DNA of 34,861 nucleotides from Ministeria vibrans ATCC 50519. Taxonomy: Eukaryota > Protista > Filasterea. Made by a program: the position numbers and the translations under genes. This document shows, piece by piece, positions 1-10,173 of the stretch (its first letter is position 1; each line of letters opens with the position of its first letter). The notes beneath the pieces were generated by a model that saw only the letters and a list, made by a program, of their open reading frames with translations, was not told where the DNA came from and searched no databases. The stretch spans positions 1-34,861 of the forward strand of contig CALSCP010002654.1 in the NCBI GenBank assembly GCA_943704425.1. Reading direction: 5' to 3'.

Positions 1-114
<114 letters not shown>

Positions 115-222
115 TCCAAATCGAAAAAAAATTCGGGCGGTTAACATTGCCTTCTTTCTTCCAACACCCGTCCCAAACCCCAATCATAATATACCAATAA
201 TACTACAGATTCTTCATGATTG

Positions 223-1865
223 TTATGATGACACATCACTCTCAGAAAGTCGCTCCAACACCTTTGCACGAACCGTCTCCAAATCGTGCTATAAACAACA
301 CACACAGAGTAATATGTGAGATCAGCATCAACAATATAAAAGTGCGCACCTGTAAGATATGGACACCATTGAGCGAGAGCACCAGAAGCTCATTGAGCCC
401 ATCGCCCGTCATATCGACATAGGACAGTGCGTAGAGGGGCATTGCAAAGTCAAGTGTGTGCATAAGCTGCCATTGCAGTGTGTCTGTGTGCGCGCTGACT
501 GTACTCTGGTGGATGCACACACTCTGACTGTAGTGCGCTGTGATGAGCTCACTGTGTCTGTCAAACGTCACGTCACAGCTCAGAATCGACAGTGTACAGT
601 CATTGGGCGTTTGCTGTCCCTTGGGTTTCGTAGTGTGACTCAATGAACTACTCACACTCAGGCCCACTCGTAGAATATCCCTATTAAATTTGATGCTCAG
701 TTTTTTCTGCTGTGCTTGTTTGGGTGTGATTCGTACTCATATACACAATCATCGTCTAATGCACACGCAACTGCTAATAACAATGGTCCTGTTCGGTCTA
801 AAAATGGAAACTCAGTGGAGTTTCATATTCAAAAACTGAGTTGGTTTCTGACCAGTGTTTCGCGTGAAGAGATGTACATCACTGATGGGCCCGTCAAAAC
901 GAACAGAGCAAAGTGACTCGCTAAGAGAGTGAGGGGAGTAAAGCGTGACAAGTCCGTCTGATGAGCCACAGACGAGCACAGTGCGCTCGAGTGCGTGTGT
1001 TGAGTGTGTCCAAATGTCAAGTGCCGTTGTGACCGAGTGTGTCTCTTGTGCGGTGTGCACATCTGTGTTGTTGCTCTTGTGTGTTGTGTCGTCGTCTGCT
1101 GTGTCGTTGGTGGCCGAGCGTGGCAATGGGAGAATCGACTCCACTGCAATTTGTTCCGACTGTGCATGTGTCTTGGGGTGAGATAAGTGATCTTGAGAGT
1201 GTGTGATATTACGTCGCGAAAGGCATAGATTTGCCCGTCGGATCCCGAGATGATAAAGACAGGGTATATTTCGTCTGGAGATCTGCAAAGAGAGCCCGAG
1301 GAATAATAAGCTTGGCAATGACACAACGGGAACTTCCTCATGTGTCCTTACGTGATGTGCATCAGCTTGAGCGGCTGGAACGCCAAGAGGACAACAAGAC
1401 AGTCGGCTACGACGCGCGGGAGCCGCGGGGGTTACTTAGGGGCATGCATGGCCAGCTGCATTGCACTCGTACCTGCGACTACGTTGAGGTTGTACTTGTC
1501 GTCGTCCGTTGTGGTCAGGCCGTAAATGTTGAGGAACGATTGGCATTCGCCGACCGTCTGCGGCGAACGGGGGTAAGCAGGGGCGGTGTGAGGGAGGGCA
1601 CTACCTTCATGAACGTGATCGCGACAACAATGCCCTGTGCGTCCGTGCAGTACGCATCAATGGCGACGATTTCCGCATCGCCCGGAACATACAGAAAGGG
1701 CACAGTCTCTTCCTTGCCCCACGAGAAATCCCAGAGGGCCACGCGCACAACAGACCCCGTGCGAGTGGCCACAAGGACTAAGGGGTCCCCGAGAACGTCA
1801 ACGACCGCCAGCGAGTACACATTGGTGGGTCCTTTGACGGGAACGAAGTGGAGTTCGTTGAACAT
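223..1865 (-). CDS. KPTN: Kaptin (KICSTOR subunit), multi-exon
   Basis: Spliced translation through GT-AG introns gives TNVYSLA..VPFLYVPGDAEIVAIDAY..IVVAITFMK|..SFLNIYG..YNLNVVA..FQPLKLMH..VFIISGSDG..FDGPISDVHLF..EDILRVGL..LYALSYVDMTGDGLNELLVLSLNGVHILQ|HDLETV. These blocks are collinear with human KPTN motifs ([56 protein letters not shown]). Stop TAA at 223-225. Confidence 0.9.
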
Positions 1866-2246
1866 CGATTAATCAATTGATTGAATACTAATGATCATGA
1901 ATAATGTATTCACAATGTATTCTTCTTCTTCTTCTAATTATTATTGATTGTTTGGTGAGTAAGCGTGCAATCTCTGCAGTCTGCATTCTGCAATCGTCGC
2001 TGACTGCTCAAATGACAAATGATGGTTGTTGCTCCAAGTCGAGAGATCTTTAGGACTTATTTTTGTTTTGGCTGACAGGCCTATGTCTCAAACCGGCTAC
2101 TGCTTCTCTGTCCTCTGGCAAGATGAGTGATTGAGTGACAAGTGAGGAAGTCTGGCCTTCCATCCGGTGATAGTTACATTTCCTGAAGATTAAGAATATT
2201 TTGTTGCAAGTTTCAATCATTGTTATTTCATTGTATTATTCTCCGC

Positions 2247-4290
2247 ATGAAAGGAAAGAAAGGTCGCGTCGTGGCCAAATCGACCCAAGCGGCTTTAGCA
2301 AGGGCTCTCCATGCCAATCCTCAGGGGGGCGGCCTTGACGTGCGGCATTCCTGGCCCAGTCGCAGTTCAGCACTAAACCCTCTTCCGTCGCTCGTAGTGC
2401 ATCGAAGACCAATTAAAAGAGGTCTCCAGGCTATCAGGAACCTTCCTAGCAGAGCTGGCTGAGTCTCAGGTACGACAAGGGTGGCGGATTGTCTCTCTGC
2501 GCATTACAATGAACCGATTTTTGGTGAACACTTTTCGTGACAGATTCCGTTGACGGAAACGATCAAAGAAGTTCACAGCACTCTCGAGGGCAGCGGAGCG
2601 AGCGAAGGTGCGTGCCCGCGCCACCGCCAATCCCACCTAATCTCCTGCGCGTAGAGGCGAATTGGCGCACGGCAAGCGAGTCATACGAGGAAATGGCGGA
2701 AACAGCCGAACGACAAGGACAGTACGTGTGCCACAATCACGCTCTCTCTCCCACGAAGGACTCAACGCCCGTTTCGTTAGGATGTTGCTGCAGATCTCCC
2801 AGTTGTTAGGACCGGTGATTGTGGCGAGAAGAAGAGAAGAAGGTACTGTACGCAAGTGGACGAGTCTGGCGCAAACCCCTCTTGTGTGTAGCGCTGCAGC
2901 TTCGCTCACAACGATCCGCAATGCTCAACTCCATCTCAGGTGCTCTTCCAATGTGGTTGGGTACGGGGTAAGACGAACGAGCTATCAGAGAGAGAGAAAG
3001 AGGAAAAAGAAACAAAGTGATAGAGAGAAAGAAAGTGATGAGAAAGAGAGAAACAATGTGAAAGAGTGAGAGAAACAAAATGATGGAGAGAGCAGAAACA
3101 AAGTGAGAGAGAAGTGATAGGGAGAGAGAGCTCAGACACACAACTTGTGTGTGTATTGCAGGCACCTTCCGCCTCTTGTGGGTGCTGTCCCACACGCACC
3201 CGAGCATGTTGTTCCGAATGGCGATCAAGTGGCTGCTCGCATCAGCAAGAAGTCTCTGCCCGACGTGTGGATTCTCGCTACCGTACACACGACGCAACTC
3301 GAGTTGACAGTGCTCAAAAACTACCCTTTTTTGTGTGCATAGGTCGTGAACTATGTGCCGTCAAAACGTGCATACACTGTAGAGGATATAATGGACGACT
3401 CAGCGACACGCAGTGATGTCGGAGGCACAACGGGGTATGCTTAACTTTTCTGTCCGACTGCAATGGCGCGCGCCGCGCGCGCGCGCGCCGCGCGTGTGTG
3501 TCTGTGTCTGTGTCTGTGTCTGTGTCTGTGCCTGTGTCTGTGTCTGTGTCTGTGTCTGTGTCTGTGTCTGTGTCTGTGCCTGTGTCTGTGTCTGTGTCTG
3601 TGTCTGTGTCTGTGTCTGTGTCTGTGTTTTGTCTCTCACTGTCGATGTGTGTCGTATGTAGTACGTCGCAAACGCATGTGCTGAGCCACAAGGCTGTGGT
3701 TCCGCTGGCCAAGTGGCTTCCACTGCCCCACCGCACCGATGCTTTCCATCCTGTGCAATCCCATCGCGTGGCGCTCTACCCACAAACCACTTGCTTCTAC
3801 CAGTGTGTGGTGCGCGCTCAGCCCACAAAGGTACTATTGTGATTCTTTTCTATTTGTGTTTCTCCCTCGTTATCACTCCATCGCTCTATCACTTCATCTC
3901 TCTCTTTCGCTTATTTATCTCTTTCTTTTTGTGACTTATTGTGTGCCTGTCTGTATAGGATCGTCAAGAGTATGTTGTGCGCTTCTCAGACGACGAGGAT
4001 GTGGGTACGCCACTCTCACTCCCTTTTGTCCATCTCATTTTCTCATGCCTTTCAAACCCATCTGTGTGCATTACTCTGATTGTCTTACGTATACTATCGC
4101 TCAGCTACTCACTCTCTCACTATTCGCACACAGATTCACTGTCGCTCAGTCACTTTCTCCCTGACTCAATTCTCACCCACTCTTTTTCTTTTTAGATGGC
4201 TCTACTCCCGACCGATGCGTCTCTCAGCGTTTTGTAGTCAATGTGCCTGTGAGGAAAACTCCCCTTAAAGTCCCCAAAGTAAAGGAATGA
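2247..4290 (+). CDS. SGF29: SAGA-associated factor 29 (tandem Tudor H3K4me reader), ~11 exons
   Basis: Spliced exons give ALPMWLGTGHLPPLVGAVP..GDQVAARI..WILAT|VVNY..YTVEDI..VVPLAKW..VALYPQTTCFYQCVV..RFSDDE..VSQRFVV, matching SGF29 motifs (LPLWIG..PPLCGAIP, GDKVAARV, WILAEVV, LALYPQTTCFY, VAQRYVV). The 5' exons are less conserved but splice in frame from ATG 2247. Stop TGA at 4288-4290. Confidence 0.88.
3494..3627. repeat. (GTGTCT)n hexanucleotide microsatellite in an SGF29 intron, preceded by a (CG)n tract
   Basis: About 21 copies visible, two with a GTGCCT variant; lies between donor GTATGC (~3435) and acceptor TAG (~3661). Confidence 0.95.
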
Positions 4291-4392
4291 TATTCTCTTT
4301 TCAACTAACTCAATACGGTAAAAAAAATGTACTCAAAACACTCAGAACAAAGATAGAAAGGGGCCACACAAAGTAAGAGTGAGTGAAGGAGA

Positions 4393-7144
4393 TTAGAGGC
4401 CCTCAAAGACGCCAACACGATCCTTGATCATTCCCTTCTGGATGAGACGCATGGTCTGGTACTTGGAACGGTCCTCCTTGACATTGTTGTCGTGGATGGC
4501 GTCAAGCTAAGGGGGGAGAGGGAGATGAGACGAAAACAGGGTGAGAGAGTGACACACACGCACACAATTCAAACGATGCAAGTTGAATTGATCAGTGATC
4601 GATAAAAGAAGAGAGAATCGAAATGGGAATTGAGAGGGAACACACACTAAACACAAGATTATCAAATACCTTGTGCATCTTGGATTTGATTGCCAGCACG
4701 CTGAGCTCTTCCTTCAGCTGAGTGGCACGTCGCTTGATGTCGACGTTGGCCTTCTTGTACTCCGTCTTGACCGGCTTGCTATCCTCCTTGGCCTTCATCG
4801 CAGTCGCCTCTGCCTCGTCCACCGTCGACATCTTGACCACCTCACTCTCTACACACTCCGTCATCAACACACACACACACACACACACACATGGACATTG
4901 AAAATTAGGCTCGTACCGTCGTCGTCATCTCCGCCAACAGTGCTTTCGCGTCGGTTCGTCATGCCAGTGGCAATCTTTTGCAGGATCGCCTCTTCCTCCT
5001 CCTAAAACCACGCACACGCACACGTACACCAATCAGCATCCGCATCGCAACTATAGTATTCGTACGTCAGGAAGGCCCACAATGGGTGACGAAGCCGCAT
5101 TGGCAACGAGCTTCTCAAGACGCAGTCTCTCCTTCTCACGCGCAGCCGCCTCCTTCTCACGACGCTCCTGCAACAACAATACGGACCTTATATTAGACAC
5201 CACCACATGCACTCAGTCACCCACAATTAATGTACCTTCTCAGCCTCTGCGGCTGCCTTTGCATTGGATGCCTCGCGGCGCTTCTTCTCTTCGGCGTCGC
5301 GCTTTCGCTTGGCCTCAAGTGCTGCCTGTCGCATCTGCTGGACCTCAAGGGCATCGGCCCTGCGTCGGCGCATGTACAGCTCGTGGTTGCCAATGCACAG
5401 CTGCAGAATGCGCTTGTTGATGCGCAAACGCGCACTGAAAAAGATGAACTTGGGTGCATTGCGCTCAACCGGCTCAATGCAGAACTTCTTGTCGTTGAAC
5501 GAGATAGTGCTGATCTCACTCCACGGGAAGGACACCTAACAGAGACCAAAAAAAAAAAAAAAAAAAAAAAAAACGACGCATAAGAGAGACTGTGTGTATG
5601 TGTATGTGTGTGACAGTGTAGAGGGTGGGAAAACGTGCCTTGGGAGTGAGCTTGTCGTGCGCCTGGTAGACAGTGAGACCACCGGCGTCGACGCCCAGGA
5701 ACAGGTCGGAGCCCTTCTTGTTCTTAATGTCAAAGTAGCTTACGCCGAACATCTCAAGATCCTACACGTATACACACACGCGCGTGAGATTCAACCGTGT
5801 ACCCTTCCTGTCATACCTGTGCGAGTCGCATGTACTCAAGTTCAGCCGACTCCTGAAACATACCGGCCTGTTCGGCCCAGAAGAGACCGATGCGGTTCTC
5901 CCAACCGGCATCGTCGAGCTTGTAGGCATCGAGAATACGCTTAGGCATCCACTCGCGCACTTTGATGAATCCTTTGGCGTGCTTTTCTTCTTGAAAGTCA
6001 CCGTGCACTGCCTGTGCGCCAAACGCCGCCAGAAGAATGGCAGTCTCGGCAGGGCAGTAAATCTAAACGCAGCTTTGGAGTGAGCCCTTGGCTTGTCCAT
6101 GTGTACACAAGGGGGTGATGTAGATACCTCGTCGCTGATGACCTTGGCAAAGGCCTCCTTGAAGAAGAGGTGGCGTGTGATGTCCTGAATGAGTTCGTCG
6201 ACAACATCCTCTGGATAGTACTTGATCGCAAAGTCAAGTTCAATGGGGTTCTACGCAGAAGTGCGAATCAGAAGGGTGTTTCCATGTTACGCCGTTGCCA
6301 GGGCGTGCGGGCGCTTCTGTCTTACGTTGAGCTGAGATTGGAGAGACAAAGAAGAGAAGGGCAAACTGTTGCGCACTCCGTCGCTGCGGAAGCACAAAAA
6401 GGGCGNNNNNNNNNNAAAAAAAAAAAAAAAAAAAAAAAAAGAAGTTAGTGGAAAGACAAGTGGACGGGGATGCGAAAGATCGCAACGTATGGATGGAGGG
6501 GGTACCTTGGCATCGTACTTGACGTCCTGGGAGATGACCTTCTTGCTCATTTTGATCCACGCAGGAATATCCTTTGAGTCGATGTAGTGCAGCCCGAAGT
6601 ACCACACCTCGCGCAGCCCAAGCGACGCAACCACCTACGTCAGTCAATTCCCCCTCGCTTTCAGTCAATTTCCTCTTCTTCGCGGTTTTGCAACGGTTCG
6701 CATTTGGGGGGGGTTTTTTTGGCGAGTTTGCACAAGTAGATCTGACGCCTGGCAGACGCTCTGTGCGTGCGTGGGGTGGCGCGGGTGCAGTGGCGCATCG
6801 ACGGGGCGGGCGGGCCTCGGGCGAGGGCATCGCAGAGGGCCCAGAGAGCGCGCACAACGCAACGACAACGCGAAAACATTCTTAGTTTGGAAACGCCGAT
6901 AAGAGGGAGGCACCAAGAACACACGGGATGCGGCTGGGTGGCGGGCGGCGAGGGTGTCGCGTCCGTTGGGGAGTGTCGGGGAGGGGGGCCGTGGGAGGGC
7001 GGGGTTTGGCCTGAGCGTTACCTGTTCGAACAGCTCTTGGCCGGTCGTGGTCGGCGAGATGGAGTACTCCAGGGTCGCATCGACCGTCGTCACCTTGACT
7101 GTGTATGATTTCTTGGCACCGCCAAACAGAGAAAGTCGAGACAT
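4393..7144 (-). CDS. ERM/merlin-family FERM protein, 10 exons, ~505 aa
   Basis: [20 protein letters not shown]|[57 protein letters not shown]|[34 protein letters not shown]|[48 protein letters not shown], then a coiled segment and tail ..[25 protein letters not shown]. This is the ezrin/radixin/moesin/NF2 pattern; subfamily left unassigned. Confidence 0.96.
6406..6415. other. Assembly gap (10 N) beside a poly(A) run in ERM intron 2
   Basis: N run visible in the sequence. Confidence 0.99.
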
Positions 7145-7402
7145 GTTGAGTTGGGAGAAAGAAAAGTGTGAAAGAGTGAAAAAAATTCTGTTATTTCACT
7201 CTCACTCGATCGAAAAGTGAAAATTGCAATTGTCCATCTCCCTTCCCTGGCCATCCGTCAGCCTGCCTGGCGTGTCTTCTCTGTTGCTCAGGAGTGCTTT
7301 TTGACTTTTGGGCTCTTTATGCTGTCATTATGTCATTATTGCTTGTGTTTCACAGTGTTCGCTTATCCTGGCTTTGTTTACTTTATTCTTATTTCTTAAT
7401 TC

Positions 7403-9807
7403 ATGTCCCCTCTGTGGCTCGCCTTGCTTTTCGCTTTCGTTCGTGTCCATGGACTGGAGTTTGAAGTTGACGCGGGTGGGTGGCTGCGCGTTGAGCCGGT
7501 ACAGCTTGCGGAAGCGCGGCTGATGTTGGATGGAAGGCACTTGGTTCACGTCGCTGCACTGCAGTCGCTTGTGTGGCCCACGCCGCTTAGCCCAGGCCTC
7601 CATGTCGCTGCTGTGTACTCTGTCGTTGACGGTACATACACTCTGGTGGATCACAGTGAGGTGCGTGCCCCACATCGCGATGGAGAGCGCACAATGCCAA
7701 CGCCGCGCGAAGTCTTCTCGACGGATGCGCACTACGCCACGTACTACACCACGATCAACTACCACGAGTCGCAGGCGTTTCAGGCGGCGTCCAGGGCGGC
7801 TCGCGCACTTGTGCCGTCGGTGGAGGATGTGATTCGTTCCAATGGCCAGCTGGTGCTCCGCGACATCCTCGGACACTTCCCGGCCAACTTGTACCACGAC
7901 ACTCCACTCCTGGGCTACTACTGTCTGTATCGCTCGCGCCCCAACGATACGTCGCCAGGCGTCGAGTGCAACGACACCACGGCGGTGCTGAGCAGCCATG
8001 CGGACATGCTGAGCGCCACCGGCATCTCTTACATGCTGCTCGACGACTCAAACCTCGGCGGAGAGTCACCCGAAGACCTTATCATGCAGGTGCGCCCGGC
8101 CCAGGTCATTTATGATGCCTTTGCTTCGTTTCACGCGTATGGACGCACTGTGCCCATGGTGGGTGCGTGGAATACGGTGCGGGAGGGCTCAACACAGTGG
8201 CAGGTAGAGAGAGAAAAATAACCATAACAATGACAATTTTCTCAATTGAATGTGTGTGTTTGACAGGACTACTTGGACATGTACAACTCAGGCGAGTATG
8301 CGTCAGTGGTGCTGCGTCTAAACACAACGAACGCGGGTGTGCGCAAGGTGTTCTTCGTGGTATGGGCGGCGGATGACAAGGACATGAGCCCAGATCTCAT
8401 TCGCCAGATTGAGCACAACGGAGGACGCAACGACATCACTGTCGTCAAAAGTATTATAATAATAACAAAATAAATTTATTATTATTATTATTATTATTAT
8501 TGTTGTTGTTGTTGTTTTGTTGTTGTCATTGTTGTCGTTGTTGTTGTTGTTGCTGTTGTTTTTGTATTATTATTATTTTACTTTATCTATGTTTTTTCTC
8601 ACTTTGTCACTTTGTTTCTCTTTCTTTATCACTTTCTTTATCACTTTGTTTTTTCTCTCTTTTTTCGTTCAAGCATACGATAAGACTGACTCTTTTTTTC
8701 TATCTTGCGCAGTGTGGGGCAATGTGGCTGCGTCGACATACGCAAGTGGTGTGCATGCGTTTATGGCGCCTTGTCTGACGCCCGACCAGCATCTCACGAC
8801 CACTATCACCCCCCAAGCGCCCTGCAACCATCCCACCTCCCGTGGCTCTCTAGTGGGCTCTCAGTCTGCCCTCTCCCTCTCCTATCAGGTGATGTACGGC
8901 AGTCTGCCTTTTCAGTCGTCCTCTCGTCTCGAGGGTCTTACCTTCAAGAAACAGGTAGTTCAATCATGACAATCATAGCCTTTGTATGACCTAATCATCA
9001 TACAATAAAATTGCTGGGTAGTTTGCCGATGCGCTGCGTGACCAGCCTGACCATGTGCTTGTGCCGTCATTCAACGAACACACCGCAATGCCCTTTGCCA
9101 GCCCCTTCCCGCACACCCAGGGCAGTGTGGGTCTCGAATGGGACGCGGGTCGCTTTCAGGTGTGGGTGGATACGTTTGGGGCAGACCGAAGCAGAGGCTG
9201 GGAGCCCACACGGCAGCAGGGAGATCGTTGGCTACAGTTGGTGCGCTCGTGTTTACGCGTGTACACTCTCTCGCGAAATGACTCCTCTCTCCGCAGCTGT
9301 CGCGTTGTCGGCGAAGTCTGCTGCCAAATGAGTGCCCCTGAGAATATCACCAATGTCTGGTCTCTGGTGCAACACGGCAATACCAATGCTACGCTGCTGA
9401 CCAACAGTGAGCATGAAAAAGAGGTGCTCACCCGCCCCGGTGGAGGCTGGAAGGAGGTCTGTTCGGGTCTGTCGGGCACTTCCGCCTTTTGTGTCGACGC
9501 CAACATTGAAGCGCTACCCTTTGCTCTTCAGGGTCCTTTTTTGCTCATGGCCGTCTCCAACGGCACTGCATACAGTGCACCTGTCTACCGGTGCCTCAAC
9601 TCTACCACGAGCCTCCACTTTCTCAGCGTCCATTCCGACTGCGACCACCTCGGAACTGCCGAGTCCATTCTTGGCTACACTGCCCTCCAGCGCACCTCGT
9701 CCTATCCACGTTCGCTGCGCTCTTGTTGCGGCTCACGCTTCTATCATCGTTTAGAGGCGCCCTGTGACGCAGGGGAGACCGAGAAGCACCTTGGATTTGT
9801 CATTTGA
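7403..9807 (+). CDS. Secreted glycoside hydrolase family 99/71-like protein with Cys-containing C-terminal module; exons ~7403-8202, 8267-8450, 8713-8953, 9022-9807
   Basis: Signal peptide MSPLWLALLFAFVRVHG; GT-AG joins keep the frame. Motifs TPLLGYY..AVLSSHADMLSATGISYMLLDDSN, LVPSFNEH and DTFGADRSRGWEPT..GDRW resemble GH99/GH71-like TIM barrels (P.LG.Y..H...l..aGID; sFNEw). C-terminus VYRC..HFLS..DC..G..ESILGY resembles bacterial DUF5648-like repeats. The gene is well supported; the family call is moderate. Confidence 0.6.
8477..8575. repeat. Compound (ATT)n/(GTT)n microsatellite in an intron
   Basis: Visible trinucleotide runs inside intron 8451-8712. Confidence 0.9.
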
Positions 9808-10173
9808 TGCTCTTTTCGTATCGAGTGGAGTATTTATTAATTTATACCTTTATTTTTATGTGAGGTTGGTACTTCTCTTGCCTATTTAGTGGCATCGTGG
9901 AAAACTCAAAACTGGAAATGATACAATTATGAATCAATAACAATTTCCCCTAAAGCGTTGAATAAAAATATTTTTCAAAGTCCGATCGGAAAAAAAAATT
10001 AATGGTTTGATATTCATATCCTCAATACTTAATTAATTTTTCATTAAATTTCTTTTCTACACTGCTTTAGGGGAATTACTCTGTTGCAGTGCTTAGACTT
10101 GTCGCTTGTCAGTTGCCAGTTGTCACTTGTGTGTTGCAGGTGTCGACTTGTAGTGCCTGGCACGCCCATCATC

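Noticed and set aside
3466-3500. (CG)n/(GT)n potential Z-DNA
   Set aside because: Typical intronic microsatellite content here; no evidence of function.
3314-3842. ORFs with TD/QT/VC/LC/VS dipeptide runs
   Set aside because: Translations of the intronic (GTGTCT)n microsatellite.
8500-8712. Poly-Cys/poly-Leu hydrophobic ORF starts
   Set aside because: Intronic (GTT)n and T-rich sequence.
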